A stretch of 59,339 bases of DNA, filler included, from Asterionella formosa (lineage: Eukaryota): assembly GCA_002256025.1 (NCBI GenBank). It is 7 parts of 7 records of this genome, joined end to end, with 100 filler letters (N's around TTAATTAATTAA, not from the genome) between each part and the next. Parts side by side here need not be neighbours in the genome. Positions count along the whole stretch, not along the records: positions 1 to 8,409 come from NKIB01012233.1; positions 8,510 to 16,910 come from NKIB01012235.1; 5 more parts are not named here. One strand, written 5' to 3'. The notes under the pieces were generated by a model. The model was not told the DNA's origin. It did no database searches and saw only the letters and a list, made by a program, of their open reading frames with translations. Made by a program: the position numbers and the translations under genes. Below are positions 1 to 10,420 of the stretch, piece after piece (the first letter of the stretch is position 1; each line of letters begins with the position of its first letter).

Positions 1-2
1 AA

Positions 3-287
3 CGTTTTCGTTTTGGCTTGGTTTACGAGTCCGAAGGCAATTCCGGTGCAGCTCATGATGAGCAACTGGTACGCCTTGTCGTTGGCCTCGTAGATAGCCC
101 TGACTCCTTTGTCTGTCTCCAATTCGTACTCTTCGTCAGAACACGGGTTATGGTTCTTGGAGTACATCGTTCGGAATCCTCTTGCCTTCGCCAGAGCGAG
201 CGTTTTAACGCTCCACTGGTACCAGTTCGTTTCGTTGCCATCAAACTTGATGAGCCTCATGCTCTCTTCAGACATTTCTGTAGACAT
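3..287 (-). mobile_element. Ty1/Copia gag N-terminus, runs off the window edge (missed by the ORF track)
   Basis: Manual translation: MSTEMSEESMRLIKFDGNETNWYQWSVKTLALAKARGF...ANDKAYQLLIMSC. The F-DG-N-W--W--K pattern is typical of Copia gag starts. It lies directly downstream of an LTR-like segment. Confidence 0.8.
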
Positions 288-316
288 GTTAAAACACTTA
301 AGTCCGTTTATAAACG

Positions 317-737
317 TGTTAAAGTATTACCTTTTGTATAGATCTATATCGTTAGACAAAGAAGACTATAGATAGAGACGTTCGTTTCTCTTTCCGTTTC
401 TATATTCTTATTGTGAGTTTACTAATCTAGTTTAGGTTGTTCTGTTTGAACAAAACAAACGAACTATTCTCCAAATGCTGTTTGCATTTCTAGGAACATA
501 CAATCATAGATAGACCCATGTCTATCTCACACTTACTGATCATAGGTATTTAACCATGATCATTCATTTCAAACTATCGGTCTTCCGAAATAGCTTATAT
601 TGTCCGGCTCATTGTAGTCGGAGTAGCAAAGTATAATGTGTGGTTGATGAGAGCTTGGTACATCAAAGTGGACTCATTCGAATCGTTTGACTCGTTTGAC
701 TCCGAGTCCTAACTACGTAGATGAGCTCACTTTAACA
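317..737 (-). mobile_element. Putative 5' LTR (421 bp) of the Copia element
   Basis: Bounded by a perfect 9-bp inverted repeat TGTTAAAGT(317-325)...ACTTTAACA(729-737), giving TG...CA ends, and sits about 30 bp upstream of gag. Confidence 0.65.
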
Positions 738-1140
738 CCAGTATACAGGAAGTTGCACCAGTACACAATGCAACATGTTGTCCTTCAAATTAGGTGCGAC
801 TAAAAGGGCAATTTATTTTGGTGGTAAAAAGAATTCTAACTTCTTCGCAAGGTTTATAGCTAAATTAATTTCGTTTCGTCGCTGCAATCAAGAGAAAGGA
901 AATGAGTGGGTCGATCGAAAACAATTTCTTTTTCATTTGTCAGCCAATCTTGGCCACATTTTAGATTTACGCAAGCACCCAAATGTAATTCAAAGAAACT
1001 AAGTTAGTACTATTACAGCGATCCTACTAGCACTGGTAAGCACCCTCTCTCACCATGGAGGACAATGTTTATTTACAGCTGCACCATCAACTAAGTACAT
1101 TTAAGCGCCATAGGAGCTACAAAGTAGAAAACATACTATG

Positions 1141-1630
1141 AGCAGATGAAAGAACCACAAGAATTGACATGAAACTTATGGAGAAAGACCAAAATGACCA
1201 AGATCCACCCAAAAGCATCATTGAATTGAGTAAGGCTTTTGATGATATCCACGAATCCAAATCAGATCCAAACAGACCGTTTCCGTCGCACTGTAACTAC
1301 ACAGGAATATACAACACGCTACAAGCAGATGGAAGAATCACTAGAATTTCGAGAACCTAATGGAAATAGACCAAAATGACCGAGATCCATCCAACAGCAT
1401 CATTGAATTGAGTAAGGCTTTTGATGGTGTACACGCATCCAAATCAGATCCAAACAGACGGTTTCCGTCGCACCGTAACTACACAGTATGCAACAGACTA
1501 AAATCAGATGAAAGAACCACTAGAATTGACAAGAAACTCTTGGAGATAGACCAAAATGACCGAGATCCACCCAACAGCATCATTGAATTGAGTAAGGCTT
1601 TTGACAAAGGATGTCCATGCATCAAAATCA
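1141..1630. repeat. Tandem repeat, ~180-bp unit, ~2.7 copies
   Basis: GACCAAAATGACC-AGATCCA-CCAA-AGCATCATTGAATTGAGTAAGGCTTTTGA recurs at ~1187, ~1369 and ~1549. Confidence 0.9.
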
Positions 1631-3020
1631 GCTCCAATCACCCCACCTCACATGGGCCATGGAGCGCAATGAAGATGCAACTAGAAATTGACCAGTAATA
1701 ATGCGCTATAAAAATGATTAACATATACTCCTTTACATTGTAGCTTCAATGGCGATTTGATTGTTTGATTGATTTTCGACTAGAAATACTACAGCTTTAC
1801 TAGCGAATAAGACATACTGTCACACCATGCATTATACATGAAAAATACGCGACAATTAAAACCAGCAGTACAGATCCCCATGCACCAGCGCCCGAAGTCA
1901 CCAAGTTTGTTTGGACAATCCTGTATTGGTAAATAGATACACAACTACATGAACATCAGGGCTGACAGTGCCAGGAAGCGCTACACGGACTACCATTCTA
2001 GCAAATTATTAGTCTTAAAGCGCTTAATTTAGGCGAGGTTCATGCCTACTGGACGAAATAGGCTAGCTTTCCATTCCAAACTTCCTTGAGTAACTTGCTA
2101 TAAGCAATGTCAAGACATTTTTATTCATTAAATCCAAGATGTGTTCTGATGATCGAAATCGTGTTCACCTACTACTGCTGGTAATGGTATCCAGCAACTG
2201 GAAGAGGGTTTGCTTATATGTTTCACCAATCAATAACTTCTAATCGTAGTTTGCAATTTTTAGTCGTTGTCAGCAGATTTCTAGTTGCATGTACTCACTA
2301 ACTGGATCAGCAGCTAATCGTAAAAAAAGAGTCATTGTGAAAATTTCAAAGGCCTGTCAATTGATATTATTTAAATAGAGAAACAAATAAAATTTGGTTC
2401 GACCTACAGATTACCGTAGTGTAGAGTGTTGCATGTTGTGGAAGCGTCAAATGAATTGTGAATCAATAAACTACATGAAAAATGTACCCTTTTCGTTGTC
2501 AATATTTGTGTTATTAAAATAATTCTTTCACGCTTGTATTGACTAGTACTATGTCAAATTTAATATATGTACCAAATAGCAAAGCGTCGTTTTCATGCAT
2601 TGTTCATGGTGATATTCATTATTTTCGTCATGGTCAAGGCTGACGACATGATGCAGTATTCTCCAGTTGCTCACAACAACTCTACTGTAGTGTTTTGTGT
2701 ATAGAAAAAAAAGCAACATCTTGGCTAAATAATTATACACTAGCGTCTACAAGGAGGGCTACTTTGGGTACATTGGGTGATAACATATGTATGATATTGC
2801 AAATATAGCGGTACCAGTGCCCGGTAGGCTGTTGCATCCGGCGTGATAATGATTGTGACCACGCCATGATGTATATAGATATAACGTTATGAAAAATGTT
2901 CATACTAGTATTGGCAGGGCTATCACGGGGTAGTGGTTGTGTCTGTTCATGCATATACGACACTTCATAGGCGTAAGGGTCATTCAGAAAATCTATTTGT
3001 ATTCGCAAGTTCTAGTTGAT

Positions 3021-3095
3021 GTCAGAAAATTTTAATCATTGTCAGCGAATTCTGTTTGCTGTCAGCAAATCCTAGTCATTGTCAGCAGAATCTAA
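3021..3095. repeat. 20-bp-period minisatellite (GTCAGCAAATCCTAGTCATT-like)
   Basis: GTCAG at 3021, 3041, 3061 and 3081, with related single copies near 2269 and 3163. Confidence 0.7.
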
Positions 3096-3489
3096 ACGCA
3101 GAAAGAGATGATTCCTATTTGTATTCCGAAGCTAGAAGACGGTTTGCTGAAGCGGTTCATCAGTCAGCAAATCCGAGTTGTGATCAGAGACTGATTTTGC
3201 AAATCTTCATTGGTCAATAAGAGTATTGTTTTCCTAAATTACTTAATGAATATTATTTCTAGCGAATGCTGGTGGCCTTACTCGTCCGGTAGGCATCGGA
3301 CGAATCATTGGGAGTGATTCGAAACTGAAAGGGTCCACATAGAACGTGCGCTACCAGACCTTCCTGGTATCAGTACCTGGTACCGGTATTCTGTTTAAAT
3401 TTTTTTAAATATTTACCAGTGTCAGAATGCATGCCAGAACCAGCATACTTTTCAATGGCAAATGCACAGTACTCCCTCTGGATGGGTGA

Positions 3490-3650
3490 AAACAATTGCG
3501 TCAATTTGCAGCGACTCAATGGCTGAGCAGCTTTTTCTAGGACTGATTTATGTTTTCTACGTGAGGGTCGGCTTACTCGAAAAATTGCGTTTAGTCATTT
3601 AGACATGCAATCACTAAATAAATTAATCGAAACCAATTTAACATACTTAC
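3490..3650. repeat. Dispersed repeat, homologous to 50645-50860
   Basis: Shared blocks TGAGGG-CGGCTTAC-CGAAAAA, TAATCGAAA-CAATTTAACATAC and ATTTGCA...GAGCAGC. Confidence 0.65.
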
Positions 3651-4284
3651 ATTTATAGCGTATATGTACATGTCGCCAAATGCTGCTCTACATCGGCCTT
3701 CTTGTCAAATATTTCCACGAAACCGAACAATGCAAAATGTTACTTTCATTATAATAAAATCCATGGAATAATTGTCGTTCAGTTTATTTTCTACAGATGT
3801 TATACCTACATCAACCATGCCAGATATTCAACTGTTTTGGCAAAAAAATTAGTGAGGTATGGTTAACCTTAATGTAGATATCTATTTAGCTTCACAGAAA
3901 TACCAATTTGGATCCAAATTGGAATCAATTTAAATTATATTGTCAAAGTGCTCTGACTTATGAAGATTCCATTGTTTGTCTACCTATTGCATCCATGACT
4001 AATCAGAAGTGCTGCTTGATAAAGGATTGTTGGGGAGCAATGGATGGTTTGAAACTCAGACACCCTGCAATGAGCTGGAAATAAAAAGCAGCAGAACAAT
4101 TCCTACCATGGGTGAAGTCATGAACACTATGTTACAAACTTGTTGATACTCGTCCAATGGAATCAGAAGAAATTGCAGCATAAGTTTCTTACATTTGAAC
4201 CGCTTTATCGTTGTTTTGACTTTCCTCAAGTAGCTAACATGATTTCATCATCAACATTGCCTATCCCAAGTACAGCTAACATAT

Positions 4285-4445
4285 TGAAGTTCCAGTTTGT
4301 TCCTTGTTTGGAAAATTTTCATTGTGTTAGGATGCTACACATTCCCATTCATGTGATCCAATTGGTAGATGAGTCAGAACACTGTCCAACAATGGCATGA
4401 TCTCATTGATCCTAAATTTTTGGCCCCTGCCTTGGAAATGTTGGT
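4285..4445 (-). pseudogene. Degenerate DUF6818/Myb-like (transposon accessory-type) coding fragment
   Basis: Reads GAKN(fs)INEIMPLLDSVLTHLPIGSHEWECVAS*HNENFPNKEQTGTSI, matching the LL--V---LP-G---W--VA--HN pattern. It carries a stop and a frameshift. Confidence 0.4.
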
Positions 4446-5179
4446 GATTGATATCACCTGCTATTGCTACCAACAGTTTTCGTTACTATTGCAACTGTTT
4501 CTATGTTTGATTTGCACTGTGGCATGACGATTTATTGCCATTCCTTGATGAAGACTGCGAGACACCAATCTGAGAGACACCATATGCACCAACCCTGATG
4601 TCATCATTGCTGGATTTTTCGTAAGCACCAGTGTCACCTCCAACTTCTTTCTCCTACTCTCTGATTGCAAGTGTTGTTCCTGCTGGAGACAGCAGTGTTC
4701 TAGCAGCCTTGGAGAGGAAGGGACACCCTTTTTGGCTGTCTCCTCTGGAAGAGGAATGACAACATTGTTCCAGTCTAAAACAGATGACAAATATATACTT
4801 TTACCCTGGAGGTTGATTAAAGTTTATATGTATAGCTATGCATACCTATTTTGGCAAGAGCAAGCCATTTCAGGTATGAGCAAGCAAATCTTGAAATATT
4901 CCTGGAAACTATGTACCGGTAATGTGTATTGAATGAGCATATTTAGGGGTTATGAGTACAACAAAACATGTTTTCCTCACGACACCAACATGATGCAATA
5001 TAATTTTTTAAATTTTCCAAAAGCGCTTTCTCTTGAGCTTTCACACACGCCTTTTTGGTTTGTGCCAATAATATAACACACGAGTTCAATTTCGATCTCC
5101 TCCCTGTTATGCATAGCAGTCTATTTGCTTATTGTTTCAATTATCGCCTCGTCGTTTGTCGCGATTAACTTCACTTATC

Positions 5180-6184
5180 ATGGTAGTAGCTGAGCAGCAA
5201 GGGGACGAAATCGGACCTTTTGAATGGCTGACATCATCGGCGAGCCTGTCACCAATTCTATCCACACTCAACTTTGCAAGCACATGCGCAACAGCGCTTC
5301 ATGTTGGATGTGGCTCCTCAACACTAGGTGAGTACCTCATTGAGCGCCACGAATATGCTCACGTGGTCAACATCGACATAGACAAAGAAACTTTGGATAA
5401 AATGGAGCAACGATGGAGGAACAAGAAGGCGCCCGACGACGACCGATTGGAATTCAGGCGAGTAGATCTAGCCTCGGACCCGGTACCTTTTCCCGCCCAA
5501 TTCTTCGACCTAGTTATGGACAAATCCGCGCTAGATTGCACGCTGTGTAGTGACAAGGCAACCACCGGTTTGTTGTGCGAGACCTATCGTGTACTTAAGG
5601 GCAATGGGGTGTACTTTGTTGTGTCCTTCCACCACCCAGAATTTTTGATTCCGTTGCTGCGAGATATTCCTGGAGCAGACTGGACCATCGAACATCAAGT
5701 GCTCCGTAGACAGTTGGATACTTTGAATAGAAAAAGCAAGGAATGTAGTGTCAACGATACATCACAACTCGACGAACTCCAACCACCGACTTCAAGGTGG
5801 TCTACTGGCGAATTCGTGCCGGACGAAAATTATAATACAACTGTTACTGTGCTATTATGCCGCAAGGGTGAAAGTTTTGATCGCGATAATTTGGATCCCG
5901 ATGAAGTTCATAAACATGTCTATGAGACGAGCAAGATTTGGTTTCAGTCGCAAGACCCCATGGTGACTCCATCAAGAAGAGATGAGTTGAAGATCAAGTT
6001 TGGATCTGAGTCAAAAAGTTTACAAAGGGCGTATTTAGCTATTTTCACAGATACAGAACGGGAGCATTTGGATTTTGATTATTTCATGGAGGACTGGAAT
6101 GCCTTTCTTGAAAGTCGGCCTACCCTCGAAACAGAGTTCATGACAGCTGAAACAGCTGTCGAGTTTCTCGAAGAGATGCAGTGA
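5180..6184 (+). CDS. Class I SAM-dependent methyltransferase (EEF1AKMT4/METTL13-like)
   Basis: Motif I LHVGCGSSTLG, post-I VVNIDID, motif II FDLVMDKSALDCTLC, and YRVLKGNGVYFVVSF. Intronless. The first ATG is at 5180. Confidence 0.88.
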   Translation: MVVAEQQGDEIGPFEWLTSSASLSPILSTLNFASTCATALHVGCGSSTLGEYLIERHEYAHVVNIDIDKETLDKMEQRWRNKKAPDDDRLEFRRVDLASDPVPFPAQFFDLVMDKSALDCTLCSDKATTGLLCETYRVLKGNGVYFVVSFHHPEFLIPLLRDIPGADWTIEHQVLRRQLDTLNRKSKECSVNDTSQLDELQPPTSRWSTGEFVPDENYNTTVTVLLCRKGESFDRDNLDPDEVHKHVYETSKIWFQSQDPMVTPSRRDELKIKFGSESKSLQRAYLAIFTDTEREHLDFDYFMEDWNAFLESRPTLETEFMTAETAVEFLEEMQ

Positions 6185-6680
6185 ATTGTTAAATGAAAGG
6201 GTCAGCACAGCACAAACAAAATCGCTCAAAGATAGGCTATTAAAGTTGCAGCCCCAGCTTAAATCTAGTTTGGAGTAAAACATAGCTAGGGTTGTAAAAT
6301 TGGCATGGAGCAGGAAATTTGTTTCTGTGTATTCCCATGATGCAGTTTCTGTGTATTCCCATGATGCAAGTATCTGTCTTAATATTTAAACTAAGTAGAA
6401 ATTGGTGCAACATTGAAAGAGTTCCATTTCAAACAAAATCAAAACCTTTATGTTATATCATTGAGTCAATGTAGATTTAATTTTACTCCCTGCCAGAGCA
6501 CATGGTATAGACTAGCAATATAAAATTATCAAGTAAAAGTTATAGTATGCTTTTGTTAAAGAACTCAAAAATTGTGGAGGTTGTTGTGAAGTTGTGCTTG
6601 GCCCCCTGAATGGCCTTGGACCGGCTTTTTGTCTGCCTCACCACCCATACCCAAGGGACTACATAAACAAGCAAAGCAGT

Positions 6681-6743
6681 TGGAGAATTTGGGAATCGAA
6701 CCTGCCACCTCGGAGGGGGAGCTAACCAACTAAGCTATTCCCC
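6681..6743 (-). pseudogene. tRNA-Ala-like pseudogene or SINE head lacking a normal anticodon arm
   Basis: Minus strand GGGGAATAGCTTAGTTGGTTAGC...GGCAGGTTCGATTCCCAAATTCTCCA has an A box, a B box and an acceptor stem with G3:U70, but is only 63 nt. Confidence 0.55.
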
Positions 6744-8409
6744 TATAGACCTTGAGCATCATTTAATCATCCTGCTTCTATATATACTTGGTTCTCCTTT
6801 GAGCAGCAAAATATCCTTGTGTTGATGTCCTACATTAAACTACTGGTACTAGTACTGATTTTACTGATGCATCTAATACATGTGGTTCAAGAGTGGCTGG
6901 CATGATTTTACAAGACCAGGATACTGCAGCCGATCTGGAGTAGTTCAGTGAATTCAACTCAGCCAATCAGAATATGTGTACTAACACAGGAACTTACCAT
7001 GGAGTCTTTTCGGACAGAGAGTTATTCAGGCAAACATCCCTACGCAAGACTTCTATATCTATGAGAACGTTTCACATGCATGTACACATCATTCCAATTC
7101 CAATATTTTGGAGACTGTTGAAATAGCCAATTGGGTCAACTTTTTGGAGGAGTATTTCTCTATATCTGTACTAGGGTTTCATGGAGATAAAAATATGTAG
7201 GCATGTACCCTAGCTAAAACATCATGAGTTAACTTCTGGAGAGAAGTGGCAGTTATCCCTTGTAGATATTTTAGAATGCTTGCTTAGTAGCACCTTTTTT
7301 GAAAAAAAGTGACCGATGACTTTAAAGATAATTTTACCTTTGACTTATTTATTTAGGTTTAGTTATTGTGTGGATTGAGGTAAATCATAAAATATATTGG
7401 GAAAAAAAGACCTTGCAATTTGTAGTTACTAACTGCAGGGCCAAAACCTTGATGAAATTTTCTTACCAGGCCAAGTACTGTTAACCTTTTTATATCTCCG
7501 TGTGCTTTTCGGGATTTAGTAGAGCACGCTTAGTGATGTAATAGAAATGGTTGTGGAGTTATTGTGAAACCCTAACCCTATTCCGTCTAAATTTAGGGGT
7601 TAGGAGGGCTAGGTTTCGTGACATCATCAGACACCAAAATAAATGTCAACAGACACCACCCGAATAAATATTTAGTAAATATACAAATTTAGCTGACTTG
7701 TATACAGGTAAACATGTTGTAGAAGCGCTAAACCATGTAAGTACAAATTTTGATGGTGGGTATGTATCCATGTATAAATGATACTATGCTAAGAATATTG
7801 CAGTGCGTTACTTATTGAACTATTATTTTTATTTGTACCAGTATTTTAAATAAACCTACCAGAACATCCAATTATGGTACCTGTTACCAGGCACTGATAT
7901 ATGTAGGTATAGTGTCAAATGGTAATACATATGGCCTACTATGTAATACAAAACAGATGATGCATGCATGATAGCTAGTGGGGGGGTAGCTAGTACCCTT
8001 GTGTGTATTGTGTTACATCACCATGTTGACCTACAGCGTCATCACATATGTAAAAATCTGCCTTTATGTGGAGATATTATGATTGGCTGCTGGACCCCAA
8101 TGTGGAGTGACTTTTGATGCAGGGTGCATGTGGAGTTAAAATATCTGTGGAGATATTTAGAGGTTCATGGAAAGCTGTTTTTGTGATGCCAAAGTGGATA
8201 TGTTACCGATTCCCTTGCATTGTGATGGAACATCCTTATGATCTAGTATTACCAATCCATATCATGGAGATCGAGTTGGATGTGCTAATCAATAATAGCT
8301 GAAAAAGATTAAGTATACATTAATTCACCAGCCTCTACTATGCTTATTTTTGACATCCAAAATACGCATTATCTGGTCCTGGTAGTCTACTCCAAGTGGT
8401 ACCTGGTAC

Positions 8410-8509
8410 NNNNNNNNNNNNNNNNNNNNNNNNNNNNNNNNNNNNNNNNNNNNTTAATTAATTAANNNNNNNNNNNNNNNNNNNNNNNNNNNNNNNNNNN
8501 NNNNNNNNN
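8410..8509. other. Artificial scaffold linker N44-TTAATTAATTAA-N44 (also 16911-17010, 25410-25509, 33899-33998, 42379-42478, 50861-50960)
   Basis: An identical 100-nt spacer with stops in all six frames. The flanking scaffolds are all 8379-8409 bp, consistent with size-sorted concatenation. Confidence 0.98.
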
Positions 8510-8791
8510 CATGACGATAATAAACTTAATCAAAAGCGGTAAAAGCAGTATTCCGCTTTTGGCCTTTTGGGCTGGGGACTTTTCTGTCGTAGACGCTTTG
8601 GCATCTTCGTCTTTAGCAGCCTCGCCGCTCATCGCACGTCGAGTGACTATTGATGAGTGAAAGAGGGGTGATTGAATGGCACTCTTGGAAATCTCAGATT
8701 TCGCAAGCGGCGCCGTTGATCTTCCTAAGGAACTGAAGGCATTACATTGTGCTACCACAACTACGGAAACAACGATCCAGAGCCACATCAT
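8510..8791 (-). CDS. Plastid-targeted hypothetical protein, 5' part (copy 1, truncated by scaffold end)
   Basis: MMWLWIVVSVVVVAQCNA/FSS signal peptide with the AF motif, an S/T-rich transit peptide and a hydrophobic segment at the break. Confidence 0.75.
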
Positions 8792-8798
8792 GGTGAAC

Positions 8799-9018
8799 GG
8801 AAAGAAGAACAATAGGAAGGGGCGATTTCAAAAAGCGAAACGTGCAAGAGTGTGGAAAGAAGAAAAATGGGAAGGGGCGATTTCAAAAAGCGAAACATGC
8901 AAGAGTGTGGAAAGGAGAACTATGGGAAGGGGCGATTTCAAAAAGCGAAACGTGCAAGAGTGTGGAAAGAAGAACAATCGGAAGGGGCGATTTCCAAAAG
9001 CGAGACGTGCAAGAGTGT
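8799..9018. repeat. 55-bp tandem repeat x4
   Basis: GGAAAGAAGAACAATAGGAAGGGGCGATTTCAAAAAGCGAAACGTGCAAGAGTGT at 8799, 8854, 8909 and 8964. Confidence 0.95.
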
Positions 9019-9119
9019 CCACACCCTATCGTCGAAATCTGTTGGCATATTGGATCATACAGAGTCCATGAACACATAATAACGGTACCTACATAAATGT
9101 AGGAAGGGCAACAAAAGGA

Positions 9120-9635
9120 CAAACTACCAGTACCAGGTACCCTGGTACAGGTACCAGGTACCGCTGATTGCATTTATTGTCTCAGCACCGGTACCAGGTA
9201 CCAGGTACCGTAGTCTACCTTGCACCGGTGCCAGTGTACCAGGTACCCTAACCTACCGGTAGGCATGAGGACGTGCCGGTCGTAGTAAGAAATGAAAAAA
9301 TGCAAATACATACGACTGGCATGTACAGTACCTGGTATCAGGGTACCTGGTACCAGTATACACAAGCAACGAGAAGAAATCCTAATGGCAAGTTCAAGCA
9401 AAGGATTCTTGCAGTGGGCTAGAGATGACAGGTTTTCGTTTAGCTATAGGTATCTACAGAGAACTACCGGTAGTCATGCAAGGTGATACTGGGTATACCG
9501 TTTGCGTACAAGTATCTGGTACATGGTCACGGGTAAGCTGGCTGGTATGTATACCGGTAGTACCTGGTACCTGGTACTCTAGTATAACCAGGTAACTGGT
9601 ACAGGGCACCTGGTAACAGGTACCAGGCTGCTGAA
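9120..9635. repeat. GGTACC/CCWGG-rich palindromic tract
   Basis: Dense GGTACCAGGTACC / TACCTGGTACC runs. Similar tracts occur at 18710-19055, 41265-41290, 49255-49905, 51255-51280, 53570-53590 and 59010-59040. Confidence 0.9.
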
Positions 9636-9750
9636 ATATAAAAAGAACGTTGTGTATGTATCATATGTATACCTCGTGGAGAGGATTGTTCCTCTCCATG
9701 ATAATTTGTATTAAATATGCTAGAAACGATTTCACTGGCACGAAGCATTT

Positions 9751-9824
9751 GCTGGGATGGTCTAGTTGGTTATGACGCGGCCTTAACACGGCTGAGGTCC
9801 TGGGTTCAATTCCCAGTTCTAGTA
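9751..9824 (+). tRNA. tRNA-Val(AAC)
   Basis: Full cloverleaf GCTGGGA-TG-GTCT...GAC-G-CGGCC-TTAACAC-GGCTG-AGGTC-CTGGG-TTCAATT-CCCAG-TTCTAGT-A, followed by a T-rich terminator. Confidence 0.95.
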
Positions 9825-10066
9825 AGGGAGTTCTTCTTTTTCTTTCTCGTAAGAGTGTTCCTTCTTTTTAATTTACTTCGACGTCCATCACCTGCTACTT
9901 TCTTTCGCTCACACGTATCTAATACATAGGAGTACTAGGTACCCGGTACCGGTAACTGTAAACGACACAACCAAAAAAATCTTGCTTTTGCCTCCCCTTA
10001 TCAATTGCAGGCCAGCTGAAGAATTCAGGATCAAAAATGATTTAGAGCGTTGTAATAGTGCTGCTG

Positions 10067-10140
10067 GCTGGGATGGTCTAGTTGGTGATGATGCGGGCTT
10101 AACATGGCTGAGGTCCTGGGTTCAATTCCCAGTTCTAGTA
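10067..10140 (+). pseudogene. tRNA-Val(AAC) degenerate copy
   Basis: Four substitutions versus 9751-9824, including an anticodon-stem mismatch and two CG>TG changes. Confidence 0.75.
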
Positions 10141-10342
10141 ATTTGCCCTCTTTCTTTTTACCTTATGTTGCAAACTTACCAATATCTGTTTGCTATTGCT
10201 TTCACTTGCATATATCTAGGAGTACCAGTAACTGTAAATGACACAACCAAACTTTATCTGGCATTTGCCTCCTCTTATATACTGTAGGCCAGCTGAAGAA
10301 TGGAGTATCAAAATGATCCAATATGTTATAACACAGCCAGCT

Positions 10343-10420
10343 GCTGGAATGGTCTAACTGGTTGTGACATGGCCTAAACATGGCTGAGATCCTCCTGGGT
10401 TCAATTCCACAGTTCAAGTA
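10343..10420 (+). pseudogene. tRNA-Val pseudogene (heavily decayed)
   Basis: GCTGGAATGGTCTAACTGGTTGTGACATGGCCTAAACATGGCTGAGATCCTCCTGGGTTCAATTCCACAGTTCAAGTA, with indels and all CpGs lost. Confidence 0.8.

Noticed and set aside
6321..6368. 24-bp perfect tandem duplication
   Set aside because: It is a simple slippage duplication with no further structure.
7568..7615. CCCTAACCCTA...TAGGGGTTAGG telomere-like inverted motif
   Set aside because: It has under two perfect units per side and is internal, too short to call a telomere or element end.
8454..8465. Recurrent TTAATTAATTAA palindrome every ~8.5 kb
   Set aside because: It is embedded in fixed N runs and is an artificial six-frame-stop linker, not biology.
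8799..9018. CRISPR-like regular repeat
   Set aside because: The units are contiguous 55-bp copies with no unique spacers, in a eukaryotic context. The same applies to the 180-bp and 195-bp arrays.
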